From assembly GCA_963704725.1 (NCBI GenBank), contig OY969934.1, positions 1,568,001-1,632,000 on the forward strand: DNA of 64,000 nt. The letters are read 5' to 3'. Position numbers and translations under genes: made by a program. This DNA comes from an uncultured Actinomycetes bacterium (lineage in GTDB: Bacteria; Actinomycetota; UBA4738; HRBIN12). Below, piece by piece: positions 19,383 to 30,104 of this stretch (its first letter is position 1; each line of letters begins with the position of its first letter). The notes beneath the pieces are model-generated. The model was not told the DNA's origin. It was given only the letters and a program-made list of their open reading frames with translations, and did no database searches.

Positions 19383-20000
19383 GTGTCGGGGGAGCCCATC
19401 CGCGAACGTCTGTCGTCGCTCTCGCGCGGTGAGCTGATCGGGATCGTCGTGGTCGCGGCGGTCACCGTGCTGGGCGCGGGGCTGTGGTACGTGCGCTCGC
19501 TCCCCAGGCCCGTGGCGGTTCGCGCGGACGGCGGCGCCCCGGCTGCGGCCGTGGCCTCGTCGTCGACCTCGCCCGCCCCCGCCCCGATCCTCGTCGACGT
19601 GGCCGGGTGGGTCCGCAGGCCCGGCGTGTACGAGTTCTCGACCGGCGACCGCGTGATCGACGCGCTCGAGGCGGCCGGCGGCGCCCGGCCGGGCGCCGAG
19701 CTCGATGCCCTGAACCTCGCGGCCCCCCTCGCCGACGGTACGCAGATCCTCGTCCCGAAGGAGGGGGCCGCGCCGCCGGCCGCATCGGCGCCGGGCTCGA
19801 CATCCGCCGGCCTCATCAACGTGAACAGCGCGACGGCCACGGAGCTCGAGGCGCTCCCCGGCGTCGGCGAGGTCATCGCCCAGGCCATCGTGGACTACCG
19901 CACGGAGAACGGCCCCTTCGCGTCCGTCGACGAGCTCCTCGACGTGAGCGGCATCGGCGACGCCACGCTCGAGAACATCCGGGACCTGGTGACGGTCTGA
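19383..20000 (+). CDS. comEA: Competence DNA receptor ComEA
   Basis: TM, SLBB (VDVAGWVRRPGVY), INVNSATATELEALPGVG HhH motifs. Confidence 0.95.
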   Translation: MSGEPIRERLSSLSRGELIGIVVVAAVTVLGAGLWYVRSLPRPVAVRADGGAPAAAVASSSTSPAPAPILVDVAGWVRRPGVYEFSTGDRVIDALEAAGGARPGAELDALNLAAPLADGTQILVPKEGAAPPAASAPGSTSAGLINVNSATATELEALPGVGEVIAQAIVDYRTENGPFASVDELLDVSGIGDATLENIRDLVTV

Positions 20001-22381
20001 GCGGCTGGCTGCTGCCGGGTCTGGCGAGCGGGATGTGGCTCGGGTTGCTCGCCCGGCCCATCGCCGGGGAGTGGCTCCCGGTCCCGATGTGGCTCGCGCT
20101 CTCGCTCGCCGCGTTCGTCGCCGCGGCGGCGCTCGCGCCCGGGCGATCCCCGGACGGGGACCCGCTCGAGCCGCTCGAGCGGGCGCCGGGCGACCCGAGG
20201 ATCGGCGCGGTGGCGCCCCCGCCGCTCGCCTCGCGCCGAGCCCCGCCGGCCGTCGCGGCGTGCCTCGCGCTGGCGGGGGCGCTCCTGCTCGGCGTGGGCT
20301 GGGGCGGCGCGCATGCGCACCGGATCCAGGGCGCCTACCTCGCGCGGATCGCGCCGGCCAGGGTCGAGATCGACGGGGTGCTGCGGACGGATCCGTCGGT
20401 CGACGCCCACGGGTGGTCGGCGCAGCTCGATGCCCGCGTGGTGCGCGACGGCACCGGCGTCGCCGCCGTTCGCGAGTCCGTGTGGGTGAGCGGCGAGGAC
20501 GCCGCTCCCCCCGCCGTTCGGGGCGACCGCGTGCGGGTCTCGGGACGCCTCCTCGTCCCCGACGACCCGGGCTTCGGCACGTTCCTGCTCCAGCACGGGC
20601 TCGTCGCCGAGCTCGAGGCCGACGAGGCGGTGCGACTCGGGCCGTCGGACTTCGCGCCGGTGCGGTGGGCGCAGTCGTTCCGACGGCTGGTGGGATCCTC
20701 GATCGGGTCGCTGTTCCCGCCGCGCGAGGCCGGCCTGCTGATGGGGCTGGCCCTCGGGGACGACTCGCGGCTGGACCCCGCCGTCGAGCGCGACTTCCGG
20801 GCGAGCGGGCTCTCGCACATGCTCGTGGTCTCCGGAGAGAACGTCGCCATGGTCCTGGCGCCGATGCTGGCGCTCGGCTCGCTGCTCCGCCTGTCCCGGT
20901 GGCCGAGGTTCGCGCTGGGGCTGGGCACGGTCGTGTTCTTCGTGGTGCTCACCGGGGCGGAGCCGTCGGTCCTTCGAGCCGGCGTGATGGCCGGCCTCAC
21001 GCTGCTGGGCGTCTTCCTCGGCCGCCCCCGGAGCACGGCCACCGTGCTGTCGGCGGCCGTGTTCGGGCTCCTCGTCATCGATCCGGCGCTCGTGTGGTCG
21101 GTGGGGTTCCAGCTCTCGGTCGGCGCCACCGCCTCGATGCTCGCGCTGGCCACGCCCTTCGCCGAGCGCCTCCCGTTCCTGCCGAAGGCCCTCGCGCTCG
21201 CCACCGGGGCCACGCTCGCCGCCCAGATCGGCGTCACCCCCATCCTGCTGTACCACTTTCACGAGGTCCCGCTGTCGACGGTCGTGGCCAACGTCCTCGC
21301 GTTCCCCGCCGTGTCGCCGGCGCTGCTCGTCGGGCTCGCCGCCGCGGCGACCGGCCTGGCCTGGGAGCCCCTGGGTCGGCTCCTCGCCGGCGTGGCCCAG
21401 GTGCCGATGCGCTACCTCGAACTGCTCGCCGACCGGGCGGCCCGGTCGCCGATCCCGTGGATCACGGGAGGCGGGGTGCCGAGCCTGCTCCTGGGGCTGT
21501 CCGCCGCGGCCGGTCTGGCCTGGTGGATCCGCTCGGGACGGCGCCCGCCCCGCGCGGCGATCGTCGCCGGGGTCGCGCTCGTGCCCCTCGTCGTGTGGAC
21601 GAGCGCGCTGTCGGCCGGCCCTCCCCGGGGGCTGTCCGTCCGGTTCTTCGACGTGGGGCAGGGGGACTCGGCGCTGCTCACCTCGCCGGGCGGGGTGGCG
21701 ATCCTCGTCGACGGCGGTCCCGATCCCGCCCAGATGGCGACGGAGCTCGCCGCCGTGGGGGTCCGTCGGCTCGACGTCGTCGTCGCGAGCCATCCGCACG
21801 CCGACCACATCGTCGGGCTCCCCGAGGTGCTCGCGCGGTTCCCGGTGGCGCTCCTGCTCGAGCCGGGGTGCGCCGAGGACTCGCCGGACGCCGCGGCGCT
21901 GGCGGAGGCGGTCCAGTCGGAGCACGTACCGGTACGCCACCCGCGAGCGGGGGACGTCCTGGTGGTAGGGGACGTCCGCCTGGACGTCCTATCGCCCGAC
22001 CGGTGCTGGCACGACACGGAGTCGGACACGAACAACGACGCCATCGTGCTCCGCGCCAGCCTGGGCGAGGACACGGTGCTGTTCGCCACCGAGCCGGAGG
22101 AGCCGGCGCAGCAGGTGCTCCTGGACGACGGGGTCGATCTCACGGCCGACGTGCTGAAGGTCCCGCATCACGGCGCGGCGACGTCCCTCGAGCCCTTCTT
22201 CCAGGCCGTGCACGCCGCCGTCGCCGTCGTCAGCGTCGGCCCCAACACCTACGGCCACCCCGTTCCCGAGGTGCTCGACGAGATCCGGGCGACGGGGGCC
22301 GAGGTGGTACGGACCGATCGCGGGGGCGACGTGATCCTGACGTTCTCGGACGACGGGCTCGTGATCGACCGCGGGGGGTGA
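19997..22381 (+). CDS. comEC: DNA uptake channel ComEC/Rec2
   Basis: SGLSHMLVVSGENV, PSVLRAGVM, beta-lactamase fold DVGQGD/SHPHADH/KVPHHG; start uncertain (CTG 19997 or ATG 20033). Confidence 0.93.
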   Translation: MSGWLLPGLASGMWLGLLARPIAGEWLPVPMWLALSLAAFVAAAALAPGRSPDGDPLEPLERAPGDPRIGAVAPPPLASRRAPPAVAACLALAGALLLGVGWGGAHAHRIQGAYLARIAPARVEIDGVLRTDPSVDAHGWSAQLDARVVRDGTGVAAVRESVWVSGEDAAPPAVRGDRVRVSGRLLVPDDPGFGTFLLQHGLVAELEADEAVRLGPSDFAPVRWAQSFRRLVGSSIGSLFPPREAGLLMGLALGDDSRLDPAVERDFRASGLSHMLVVSGENVAMVLAPMLALGSLLRLSRWPRFALGLGTVVFFVVLTGAEPSVLRAGVMAGLTLLGVFLGRPRSTATVLSAAVFGLLVIDPALVWSVGFQLSVGATASMLALATPFAERLPFLPKALALATGATLAAQIGVTPILLYHFHEVPLSTVVANVLAFPAVSPALLVGLAAAATGLAWEPLGRLLAGVAQVPMRYLELLADRAARSPIPWITGGGVPSLLLGLSAAAGLAWWIRSGRRPPRAAIVAGVALVPLVVWTSALSAGPPRGLSVRFFDVGQGDSALLTSPGGVAILVDGGPDPAQMATELAAVGVRRLDVVVASHPHADHIVGLPEVLARFPVALLLEPGCAEDSPDAAALAEAVQSEHVPVRHPRAGDVLVVGDVRLDVLSPDRCWHDTESDTNNDAIVLRASLGEDTVLFATEPEEPAQQVLLDDGVDLTADVLKVPHHGAATSLEPFFQAVHAAVAVVSVGPNTYGHPVPEVLDEIRATGAEVVRTDRGGDVILTFSDDGLVIDRGG

Positions 22382-22423
22382 CGGAGGCCTCCCGGGTCGG
22401 CGCCGGCCCGTAGACTCCGCCTC

Positions 22424-23389
22424 GTGACGCCGACGAAGGCCGCGAAGTCGAGCGTGCACCTCCTGTGGGGCGAGGACCCGTTCCTGCTCCGCGAGGCGGC
22501 CCTCGGCCTCCTCGGGGAGGTCCGGGCCCGGGAGGTCGACGGGGCCGAGTGGCAGGGCGGCGAGACGGCCGACCTGGCCACCCCCTCGCTGTTCGGGGAG
22601 GCGCGGGCCCTCCTGGTCTCCAACGCCAAGGCCCTTCCCGACGAGGGCATTCGAGAGCTCCGCGGCTATCTCGGCTCGCCGGATCCCGACGCGATGCTCG
22701 TGATCACCGCGGTCGTGGGGGAGCGGGCCAAGGCGCCGGCCGCGCTCGTCAAGCTCGTCCAGGGCGCCGGCCACGTCACCGAGGTCAAGGTGACGCGCAA
22801 GGACCTCCCCGGCTGGGTGATGCAGCGGGCCAAGGCCAAGGACCGGAACCTGGCACCGGAGGGTGCGGCCGCCCTCGTGGAGACACTGGGTGAGGATCCC
22901 GCGGCCATCGACCAGGCTCTCGACCAGCTCGGCTCGGCGTTCCCCGCCGAGCGGATCACGGCGGAGCTCGTGGCCCGTCAGTTCCGCGGGCTCGGCGAGC
23001 AGCACATCTGGGATCTGTGCGACCGGGCGTTCGGCCGCGACCTCCCCGGCGCGATGCGCTCACTGCGGACCCTGCTCGAGGCCCGTGGCGGGGAGGGCCT
23101 GATGATCCTCGGGGGGATCGCGTCGCGGCTGCGCGACCTGATGCGCGTGCGCTCGCTGCCGGAGCGTGCCCCCGCCGCCGAGGTGGCAAGGATGGCCGGC
23201 CTCAGGTTCGAGTGGCAGGGGCGTCGGTACCGGGAGCAGGCCGCGCGCTTCACGCTCGAGGAGCTCGCGGGGATCCACGACCAGGTGGTGTGGGCCGACC
23301 GCGCCCTGAAGTCGGGGGCCACGGAGGACGTGGTGCTCCCGATGGTGATCGCCGCGATCGCCGGCGGCGTGCCGGCGGGGGTGCGGTAG
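22424..23389 (+). CDS. holA: DNA polymerase III delta subunit
   Basis: HLLWGEDPFL, TPSLFGE; comEC-holA-rpsT synteny. Confidence 0.9.
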   Translation: MTPTKAAKSSVHLLWGEDPFLLREAALGLLGEVRAREVDGAEWQGGETADLATPSLFGEARALLVSNAKALPDEGIRELRGYLGSPDPDAMLVITAVVGERAKAPAALVKLVQGAGHVTEVKVTRKDLPGWVMQRAKAKDRNLAPEGAAALVETLGEDPAAIDQALDQLGSAFPAERITAELVARQFRGLGEQHIWDLCDRAFGRDLPGAMRSLRTLLEARGGEGLMILGGIASRLRDLMRVRSLPERAPAAEVARMAGLRFEWQGRRYREQAARFTLEELAGIHDQVVWADRALKSGATEDVVLPMVIAAIAGGVPAGVR

Positions 23390-23665
23390 CTACTCGGCCG
23401 GGGCGGCCGCGCGGTTCGCGGCCCTGGCCAGCCGGGACTTGTGCCGGGCGGCGGTGCGCTTGTGGACGACGCCCTTGGACGCGGCCCGGTCGAACGCGCG
23501 TCCCGCCTCGCGGGCCCGGGCCTGCGCCGCCTCGGCGTCGCCCTCGGCCACCGCGACGGCGACCTTCTTCGACGCCGTCTTCAGCGAGGTCCGTGCGGCC
23601 TTGTTGCGCTGGTGGGCCTTCTCGTTCTGTTTGTTCCGCTTGATCTGGGACTTGATGTTCGCCAT
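23390..23665 (-). CDS. rpsT: 30S ribosomal protein S20
   Basis: [11 protein letters not shown]...[16 protein letters not shown]. Confidence 0.98.
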   Translation of the reverse strand: MANIKSQIKRNKQNEKAHQRNKAARTSLKTASKKVAVAVAEGDAEAAQARAREAGRAFDRAASKGVVHKRTAARHKSRLARAANRAAAPAE

Positions 23666-23746
23666 GAGCGACCGAGTCTACCAGCGCGCTTGCCGCGGCC
23701 CGGCCGCCGAGGTACCCGCGCGGGCGGCCCGTACGATAGGCGGGCC

Positions 23747-25570
23747 GTGACCGATCTCGACCGCATCCGGAACTTCTGCATCATCGCCCACATCGACCAC
23801 GGGAAGTCCACCCTGGCCGATCGGCTGCTCGAGCTCACGCACGCCGTCGCCGACCGCGACATGCGCGAGCAGTACCTGGACAAGATGGACCTGGAGCGCG
23901 AGCGAGGGATCACGATCAAGGCCCAGGCCGTCCGGCTCACCTACCGGGTCGGGGGCGTCGATTTCGAGCTGAACCTGATCGACACCCCCGGGCACGTCGA
24001 CTTCACCTACGAGGTCTCGCGCTCGCTCGCGGCGTGCGAGGGGGCGGTGCTCCTGGTGGACGCGGCGCAGGGGATCGAGGCCCAGACCCTCGCCAACTTC
24101 CACCTGGCTCGCGACGCCGGGCTCGAGATCGTGCCCGCGCTGAACAAGATCGACCTCCCCCAGGCCGACGTGGCCGAGACCGGGCGCGAGCTGGCCGAGC
24201 TCGTGGGCTGCCCGCCGGAGGACGTGCTCGCGGTCTCGGGCAAGACCGGCGCCGGCGTGACCGAGCTGCTCGAGCGGGTGATCGAGCGCGTCCCGGCCCC
24301 CTCGGGAGGGCGGGACAAGCCGCTGCGGGCGCTGATCTTCGACTCGAGCTTCGACGCGTACCGAGGGGTCGTGGCGTACCTCCGCGTGGCCGACGGGACG
24401 CTGCGCTCGCGGGCGGAGCTCAAGTCGTTGGCGACGGGCCGGGTGTGGGAGGCCGAGGAGGCCGGGATCTTCGCGCCCGAGGCCATCCCCGTCCCCAAGC
24501 TCGAGGCGGGCGAAGTGGGGTACCTCATCACCGGGCTCAAGAACGTCCACCAGGTGAAGGTGGGCGACACGATCACGACCGCCGGCAAGCACGGCGCGAA
24601 GGAGCTGCTGCCCGGGTACCGCGAGCCGCTCCCCATGGTGTGGAGCGGCCTGTTCCCGGCGGAGGGAGGGGACTACTCGGAGCTCCGGGACGCGCTCGAC
24701 AAGCTGAAGCTGAACGACGCCGCGCTCGCGTACGAGCCCGAGACCTCGCAGGCGCTCGGGTTCGGCTTCCGGTGCGGGTTCCTCGGACTGCTGCACATGG
24801 ACATCGTGAAGGAGCGGCTGGAGCGCGAGTTCGGCCTCGAGCTCATCGCCACGGCGCCGAACGTCGAGTTCCACGTGGTCCGCGGCGACGAGACGATCGT
24901 CGTGCACAACCCCAGCGAGATGCCGCAGCCGGGCACGTACGACCACGTCGAGGAGCCGGTCGTGCTCGCCACGATCATCACGCCGAGCGACTACCTCGGT
25001 CCCGTGCTCGAGCTCTGCCAGGCCCGGCGCGGGGAGCTCGTCGATATGAGCTACCTCTCGCCCGAGCGCGCCGAGGTCCACTACAAGCTGCCGCTGGCCG
25101 AGATCATCTTCGACTTCTTCGACCAGCTGAAGTCGCGGACCCGCGGCTACGCGTCGCTCGACTACGAGCCGATGGGGTACGAGGAGAGCCAGCTCGTCCG
25201 GGTCGACGTCCTGTTGCACGGCGAGGCGGTCGACGCGTTCTCGAGCGTCGTCCATCGGGAGAAGGCGGCGCAGTACGGCCGCCAGATGGTCGAGCGCCTG
25301 CGCGAGCTCATCCCGCGCCAGCTCTTCGACGTGGCGATCCAGGCCTCGATCGGCTCGCGCATCGTGGCGCGGGAGACCGTGAAGGCCAAGCGCAAGGACG
25401 TGCTGGCCAAGTGCTACGGCGGCGACATCACGCGCAAGCGCAAGCTCCTCGAGCAGCAGAAGAAGGGCAAGGCGCGTCTGCGCCGCGTCGGCCGGGTCGA
25501 CGTGCCGCAGGAGGCGTTCATCGCCGCGCTCCGCGTCGACCAACGGGCCCAGGCGGAGGGCAAGCGGTGA
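23747..25570 (+). CDS. lepA: Elongation factor 4
   Basis: [45 protein letters not shown]. Confidence 0.98.
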   Translation: MTDLDRIRNFCIIAHIDHGKSTLADRLLELTHAVADRDMREQYLDKMDLERERGITIKAQAVRLTYRVGGVDFELNLIDTPGHVDFTYEVSRSLAACEGAVLLVDAAQGIEAQTLANFHLARDAGLEIVPALNKIDLPQADVAETGRELAELVGCPPEDVLAVSGKTGAGVTELLERVIERVPAPSGGRDKPLRALIFDSSFDAYRGVVAYLRVADGTLRSRAELKSLATGRVWEAEEAGIFAPEAIPVPKLEAGEVGYLITGLKNVHQVKVGDTITTAGKHGAKELLPGYREPLPMVWSGLFPAEGGDYSELRDALDKLKLNDAALAYEPETSQALGFGFRCGFLGLLHMDIVKERLEREFGLELIATAPNVEFHVVRGDETIVVHNPSEMPQPGTYDHVEEPVVLATIITPSDYLGPVLELCQARRGELVDMSYLSPERAEVHYKLPLAEIIFDFFDQLKSRTRGYASLDYEPMGYEESQLVRVDVLLHGEAVDAFSSVVHREKAAQYGRQMVERLRELIPRQLFDVAIQASIGSRIVARETVKAKRKDVLAKCYGGDITRKRKLLEQQKKGKARLRRVGRVDVPQEAFIAALRVDQRAQAEGKR

Positions 25571-26667
25571 CCACCGGGATCTACGTCCACGTGCCGTTCT
25601 GTCTCACGCGATGCGGCTACTGCGACTTCAACGCGTACGCGGGTCTCGATCACCTCGCCGGCAGGTACGTCTCGGCGCTGCTCCGCGAGGCCGAGCTCGC
25701 CGCACCGGCGTGGGCGGCCGACGAGTTCGTGAGCGTCTTCCTCGGCGGGGGAACGCCGACCACACTCGACGTTGCCGACCTCAAGGCGCTCCTCGCGCAT
25801 CTGCGGGGTCGCTTCGCGCTGGCCCCGGACGCCGAGGTCACGATCGAGGCGAACCCCGACACGGTCGACGTCGCCAAGCTCTCCGGCCTGCTGGAGGCGG
25901 GTTACGCCCGGCTCTCGATGGGGGCCCAGTCGTTCGACCGGTCGGTGCTCGCGGCGCTGGAGCGGATCCACGACCCGGACTCGGTCCGCCGGGCGATGCG
26001 GGACGCGCGGGCCGCCGGGTTCGCGAACGTGAACCTGGACCTGATCTACGGCGCGGACGGGGAGGCGCTCGATTCCTGGGAGCGATCGCTCGCCGAGGCG
26101 ATCGACCTCGAGCCCGAGCACGTCAGCGCGTACGCCCTCACGATCGAGCCGTCGACGCCGCTCGGCCGCAAGGTGGAGCGCGGCGTGGTGCCGGCGCCGG
26201 ATCCCGACCTGCAGGCGGACATGTTCGAGCTCGCTTGCGTTTCCCTTGCGGACGCCGGCTACCACCACTACGAGGTCTCGAACTGGGCCAAGCCGGGCTT
26301 CGAATGCGTCCACAACCTCGGCTACTGGGAGCGGCGGCCGTACGTCGGGCTCGGCGCCGGCGCGCACTCGTACCGCGATGATCGCCGATGGTGGAACGTC
26401 CGGCCGCCCGAGGAGTACCTGTTGCTGGTCGAGCGGGGGACGCTCCCCGTCGGCGGCGAGGAACGGCTCGAGCCGAGCGACGCCTACCTCGAGGAGGTGT
26501 TCCTTCGCCTGCGGATCCTCGAGGGCGTGCCGACGAGCTGGATCGAGCCCGCCAAGGCGGCTCCGTTCCTCGAATCCGGCCTCCTCCGAGACGACGCCGG
26601 CGCGCTCGTGCCGACCGAGCGCGGCATGCTCTTGCTCAACGAGCTCGTCCTCGGCCTCGCGAGCTGA
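25567..26667 (+). CDS. hemW: Radical SAM heme chaperone HemW
   Basis: [35 protein letters not shown]. Confidence 0.93.
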   Translation: MTTGIYVHVPFCLTRCGYCDFNAYAGLDHLAGRYVSALLREAELAAPAWAADEFVSVFLGGGTPTTLDVADLKALLAHLRGRFALAPDAEVTIEANPDTVDVAKLSGLLEAGYARLSMGAQSFDRSVLAALERIHDPDSVRRAMRDARAAGFANVNLDLIYGADGEALDSWERSLAEAIDLEPEHVSAYALTIEPSTPLGRKVERGVVPAPDPDLQADMFELACVSLADAGYHHYEVSNWAKPGFECVHNLGYWERRPYVGLGAGAHSYRDDRRWWNVRPPEEYLLLVERGTLPVGGEERLEPSDAYLEEVFLRLRILEGVPTSWIEPAKAAPFLESGLLRDDAGALVPTERGMLLLNELVLGLAS

Positions 26668-26676
26668 GCTCCGCGC

Positions 26677-28455
26677 TCACGGTCCGAGGTTCGATCCGCA
26701 CAGATCCTCGCCGGATCCGAACGTGGGTGTTCCGTCGATGGGCTCGACGAAGTCCGACACCTCGACGACCTGAACCGAACCGTCGCGGAGCGCCAGCGTG
26801 ACGGCGTGCGCGTGCCATTCGCCGTCGGGCGAGTCGTGAGGCCGAGCCTCCGCGGCGGTGGCGACGAGCCCCGGCCCCTCGGGCGCGGGGAGGTCGCCGC
26901 ACGTCAGCGTGTAGAGCTCGAACTCGTCGCCGCCGAGCCACAGGAGAGCCTGCGTCCCGGCCTCGAACCCGCCGGCGGGATCGCCCGGCGGCGCGATCGT
27001 CACCGGTTCGATCGTGACATCGGATCCCCTCGCGACGACGTCGTAGAGGTCCAGGCCGACGACCGCCCCGCCCTGCTGCAACACCAGAAGCTCGGCCGTC
27101 CCGTCGCCGTCGAGGTCCGGTGCCGAGAAGGGCCGGCACTCGAACATGCACGCGATGGGCCCGTACGCGGTCTCGACCCGCCCGTCGCCGTCGAGGTCGA
27201 TCGCGACCACGTTGTCGGCGTTCTCGGGAGCAGGACATCCTCCGACGTCCCCCTTCTTCGTCGCGACGTAGACGGTCGCGTTCGCGTCCGGGGAGACGAA
27301 GGGCGCCTCGATCGTCGAGACGTTGCACACCGGGAACCCGAGCCCGACGTCCCGACCACCTCCGACGGACGGCGTCTCCACCGGCGACGGCTCAGGCGTG
27401 GGCGATCGATCGATCGGCACGACGCTCGGAGCGGATCCCCCGAGCGGATACCAGTCCGGTGAAGGCCCGCTCTCAGAGCCCTCGTCCGTGGCGAGGGCGG
27501 TAAGCCGGCGAGCTCCCGAGCCGTCGGCGTTCATCACCCAGACTCCGTAACGTGAGCATCGGTCGGTCGGGCAGTCCTCGATCGGCGCTCGGTAGGCGAA
27601 CGCGATCGTCGAGCCGTCGGGCGACCAGATCGGATCGAGGTAGGAGCCGGGCTCGGAGCGAACGTGTGTGACTCCGGAACCGTCCGCCGAAGCCACGATC
27701 AGCCCGGCGTCCGCAACGAACACGATCTTCGATCCGTCGGGTGACCAATCCGGCCGCGATCCCATCCCCACCCCGAGGGGCCGGGGATCGGCGTCTGGGT
27801 CCGCCCCCTGAACCATCAAGACTCCCCGGTCGGTGTAGACGAGCTCCGACCCGTCGGGGGACCATGACGGCCAACCGCCTCGAGCGATCCACGTGGTCGT
27901 GACACCATCGGCGTCGACGATGTAGATGGCGTCGTCGGTGTCTCCCTTCGCCGTGAACGCGATGCGCGACCCATCCGGCGACCAGACGGGATCCGTTGCT
28001 CGCAGGTCGCTGAGCAGGCGGAGCCCCGAGCCGTCGGCGTTCATGACGAACAGGCCTCGCTCGCCCTTGCGAGCGAACGCGATCTTGGCCCCATCGGGGG
28101 ACCATGCGGCGGTCTCCGGCTGCCCCACATCGGAGCCGGGGATCCCGCCCAACTCCCCCGTTGCCACGTCGATCGTCAGGAGGCCGAACGGGGAGCCGGG
28201 AGCACGACCCGAGAACATGATCACGCCCTCCGCACCGGCGGCCGGACCCGCCCGGCCCTGCACGAACACGCGGCTCAACGCGTAGACGCCGCCCGCCGTC
28301 GCGATCACGACGAAGACGGCCAATGCCCCCTGTTCGATCCGCAGTCGGAGCCGCCGGCGCTCGCGACGGCGGATCAGGTGCTCGTAGACGCCGCTCGGGT
28401 CGGCGGGGCGGGCGGCGTGCTCCATCTCGCGGTGGAGGCGTTCATCCAGTGCCAC
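26677..28455 (-). CDS. Membrane-anchored TolB/PD40 beta-propeller protein, probable anti-sigma/sensor
   Basis: Overlaps ECF gene end; one TM then several WSPDG repeats; Cys-containing C-terminal domain with DLDGDG motifs. Confidence 0.8.
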   Translation of the reverse strand: MALDERLHREMEHAARPADPSGVYEHLIRRRERRRLRLRIEQGALAVFVVIATAGGVYALSRVFVQGRAGPAAGAEGVIMFSGRAPGSPFGLLTIDVATGELGGIPGSDVGQPETAAWSPDGAKIAFARKGERGLFVMNADGSGLRLLSDLRATDPVWSPDGSRIAFTAKGDTDDAIYIVDADGVTTTWIARGGWPSWSPDGSELVYTDRGVLMVQGADPDADPRPLGVGMGSRPDWSPDGSKIVFVADAGLIVASADGSGVTHVRSEPGSYLDPIWSPDGSTIAFAYRAPIEDCPTDRCSRYGVWVMNADGSGARRLTALATDEGSESGPSPDWYPLGGSAPSVVPIDRSPTPEPSPVETPSVGGGRDVGLGFPVCNVSTIEAPFVSPDANATVYVATKKGDVGGCPAPENADNVVAIDLDGDGRVETAYGPIACMFECRPFSAPDLDGDGTAELLVLQQGGAVVGLDLYDVVARGSDVTIEPVTIAPPGDPAGGFEAGTQALLWLGGDEFELYTLTCGDLPAPEGPGLVATAAEARPHDSPDGEWHAHAVTLALRDGSVQVVEVSDFVEPIDGTPTFGSGEDLCGSNLGP

Positions 28456-28963
28456 GGTCGTTCGCCTCCTCGGTCTCGTGGATGCCGAGCGCGTCGGCCA
28501 GGGTGGTCCGCGCTCGGTGCAGGGTGCTCTTCACGGTCCCCTCGTTGATCCGCAGCGCCGCCGCGACCTCGCGCGTGTCGAGCTGCAGGTAGTAGCGGAG
28601 GACGACGGCTTCTCGCTGGCGGCGGGGGAGCGTCGAGAGCGCCCGGTTCACGTCGATGGCCCGCCCCGCGGCGGCCGCTGGGTCCTCCGTCCAGCCGCGG
28701 GCCCGGAGCCGGGCCTTGGCCCTGCGCTCCGAGCGGAGTCGCCGGAGCCCGCTCCGGGAGAGGTTCATCGCGACCGTCGTCACCCACGCGTTCAGCGACT
28801 CGATCTCCTCGCCCCTCTCGGAACGCTCCCACGCGCGGAGCATGGCCTCCTGCACGGCATCCTCGGCGGCCGCCCGGCTCCCGCTCGCGAGAGCGACGGC
28901 CGCGACCAGGCGTGGATAGCGCGTGTGCAGGAACTCCTGGAGCGCGATCTCGTCGACCCGCAT
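28442..28963 (-). CDS. ECF sigma factor, SigE family
   Basis: AAEDAVQEAM, LPRRQREAVVLRYY, GTVKSTLHRAR; GAGGAGG RBS. Confidence 0.93.
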   Translation of the reverse strand: MRVDEIALQEFLHTRYPRLVAAVALASGSRAAAEDAVQEAMLRAWERSERGEEIESLNAWVTTVAMNLSRSGLRRLRSERRAKARLRARGWTEDPAAAAGRAIDVNRALSTLPRRQREAVVLRYYLQLDTREVAAALRINEGTVKSTLHRARTTLADALGIHETEEANDRGTG

Positions 28964-28981
28964 GTCCCTCCTCGACGATAG

Positions 28982-29006
28982 GACGCCCGAACGGGCTCGG
29001 GGGTTG
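28982..29006 (-). promoter_or_regulatory. Candidate ECF-dependent autoregulatory promoter
   Basis: CAAC-N17-CGTC on minus strand just upstream of the sigma RBS. Confidence 0.55.
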
Positions 29007-29024
29007 TCGTGCGGGCCGAGGTCG

Positions 29025-29051
29025 CTAGCACTCTCGGGGGTAGACTGCCAA
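29025..29051 (+). promoter_or_regulatory. CIRCE element (HrcA operator)
   Basis: CTAGCACTC-N9-GACTGCCAA versus consensus TTAGCACTC-N9-GAGTGCTAA, immediately before hrcA. Confidence 0.9.
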
Positions 29052-29057
29052 ACGGCC

Positions 29058-30098
29058 ATGGCGGAACGAGATCTCGGACAGCGCAAGGTCGCCGTCCTGC
29101 GCGCCGTCGTCGAGGAGTACGTCCGCAGCGGCGAGCCCGTGGGGAGCGAGACGATCGCGGAGCGGTCGGGCCTCGGCGTGTCCGCGGCCACGATCCGCAA
29201 CGAGCTCGCCGCGCTCGAGGAGCTCGGCTACCTCATGCACCCGCACACCTCGGCCGGCCGCATCCCGACCGACGCCGGCTACCGCAAGTACGTCGACACC
29301 CTGCCTCCCGGGGGCCGCCTGCGCGACGCGCAGCGCCGGGCCATCGCCGGGTTCTTCGCCGAGACGATGATCGACCTCGAGGAGGTCCTCAAGGGAACGA
29401 CCCAGCTCCTGTCGCGCGTGACCCAGTACGCCGGTCTCGCGGTGCCGCCGTCGGGCTCGGACGAGCTGATCCTGCGGACCGAGATCCTCGAGGTGGGGTC
29501 GGGGCTGATGATCTTGGTCATCGGGCAGCAGGGCCGGGTGGACAAGGCGATGATCGACCGCCCCGAGGACCTCGACGGCGACGTCCTGACGGGTCTGGAT
29601 CGCAAGCTGCGCGCGATGTTCCGCGGCAAGAGCGTGGCGGGCGCGCGTGCCGAGGCGCTCAAGGCCGCCCCGACCGCCGCGGGGACCGAGCGCGCCCTCC
29701 TCGTCGCGGCGGCCGACGCGTTCGGCCTCCTGCAACAGGGGGGAGGCGCCCACCACGTCCTGATCGGCGGCGTGGCGAACCTGGCGGACGAGGCGGCTCA
29801 CTGGCGCCGGGAGACGGTGCGCCGGCTCTTCGAGGCGCTCGAGCACGAGTCGGGGATGCTGGAGCTGTTGCAGGACGTGACGATCGATGAGGACGTGAAC
29901 GTGACGATCGGCGCCGAGCACCCGCAGACCGGGGATTGGGACGCCTCGATCGTGTCCGCCCCGTTCCGCGCCGGCGTGACCGCGCTCGGCACGGTGGGCG
30001 TCGTGGGGCCGACGGCGATGGACTACGTCTCGGTGATGGCCTCCGTCCGGGCCGTCGCCCGCCGCCTGTCGGAGCTCGCCACGGAGCTCGGCGCGTAG
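29058..30098 (+). CDS. hrcA: Heat-inducible transcription repressor HrcA
   Basis: EPVGS, SAATIRNE, HTSAGRIPTDAGYR, GVVGPTAMDY. Confidence 0.96.
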   Translation: MAERDLGQRKVAVLRAVVEEYVRSGEPVGSETIAERSGLGVSAATIRNELAALEELGYLMHPHTSAGRIPTDAGYRKYVDTLPPGGRLRDAQRRAIAGFFAETMIDLEEVLKGTTQLLSRVTQYAGLAVPPSGSDELILRTEILEVGSGLMILVIGQQGRVDKAMIDRPEDLDGDVLTGLDRKLRAMFRGKSVAGARAEALKAAPTAAGTERALLVAAADAFGLLQQGGGAHHVLIGGVANLADEAAHWRRETVRRLFEALEHESGMLELLQDVTIDEDVNVTIGAEHPQTGDWDASIVSAPFRAGVTALGTVGVVGPTAMDYVSVMASVRAVARRLSELATELGA

Positions 30099-30104
30099 CG
30101 CTTC

